From assembly GCF_006345805.1 (NCBI RefSeq), contig NC_043001.1, positions 104,036,001 to 104,100,000 of the forward strand: a stretch of DNA of 64,000 nt, in the 5' to 3' direction. Position numbers and translations under genes: made by a program. The notes under the pieces are model-generated. The model saw only the letters and a list, made by a program, of their open reading frames with translations, had not been told where the DNA came from and did not search any database. Numbering within the stretch: the stretch's first letter is position 1; every line of letters starts with the position of its first letter. Source of the DNA: Octopus sinensis (lineage: Eukaryota). Positions 63,590 through 64,000 of this stretch are shown here, in pieces.

Positions 63590-64000
63590 ATCAGTATGTT
63601 TTGTTTTATGTATGTATTCTCACGCGTATAGTTGCATGGTTTAACAAATGCAAATGTACTTATATACCAAATTTTCGAAAAGATTTTCATATTTTGACAT
63701 TTCCATTCATGGTTTGTATCCGTAATCGTTTGACATTTCTTCTATCGGGTTTTTCTAACCCTAATTTCTCAACCTAGGCGCTGAGGCAGTTTGTTAAATG
63801 TCCCAGTGCTCCAATAATTACGGAAATAAATCTGAACTTGTAATCAGATCGGTTAGCGATAAAGTTTTCTACAGTTCAACATAGACGTGTTCTTTTCCCC
63901 TGAACTTCTGCTTTCTGTTGACATCGTCTGGGTGACTTATTTCAACTACTGCACACAGTTTCTCTTCTCTGTCCCAAATCACAATGGTTAGTCTTTTTTA
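63590..64000 (-). mobile_element. 3' end of a non-LTR retrotransposon with restriction-like (PD-(D/E)xK) endonuclease, R4/HERO-like; runs off the window
   Basis: IVIWDREEKLCAVVEISHPDDVN...(frameshift) DYKFRFISVIIGALG...IQTMNGNVKI*KSFRKF; matches the PDIVxxD...IIExSxP...PIIIGALG pattern; in-frame stops. Confidence 0.8.

Overview
AT-rich, repeat-dense animal genomic DNA, most likely intronic or intergenic. The SINE families and very high microsatellite load suggest a coleoid cephalopod (Octopus-like); this is inference, not a database result. No host protein-coding gene could be identified with confidence; nearly all ORF-track hits are translations of microsatellites or SINEs. There are no rRNA genes, no true tRNA genes and no CRISPR arrays. 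The window contains: (i) roughly 40 copies of three tRNA-derived SINE groups, called A, B and C here; (ii) decayed non-LTR retrotransposon fragments (R4/Dong-like with restriction-like endonuclease, RTE-like, CRE-like); (iii) Tc1/mariner derivatives, including a 1040-bp element with perfect 26-bp TIRs nested in a SINE microsatellite, plus hAT-like and TTAA piggyBac-like MITEs; (iv) many microsatellites. The most unusual signal is five fold-back structures within the first 34 kb. One is an ~815-bp-arm inverted repeat at ~99.5% identity (30195-32451), and two carry degenerate Penelope-type hammerhead ribozyme motifs next to (TA)n tracts. Boundaries of decayed elements are approximate (about +/-20 bp) unless stated as exact; identities were estimated by eye.
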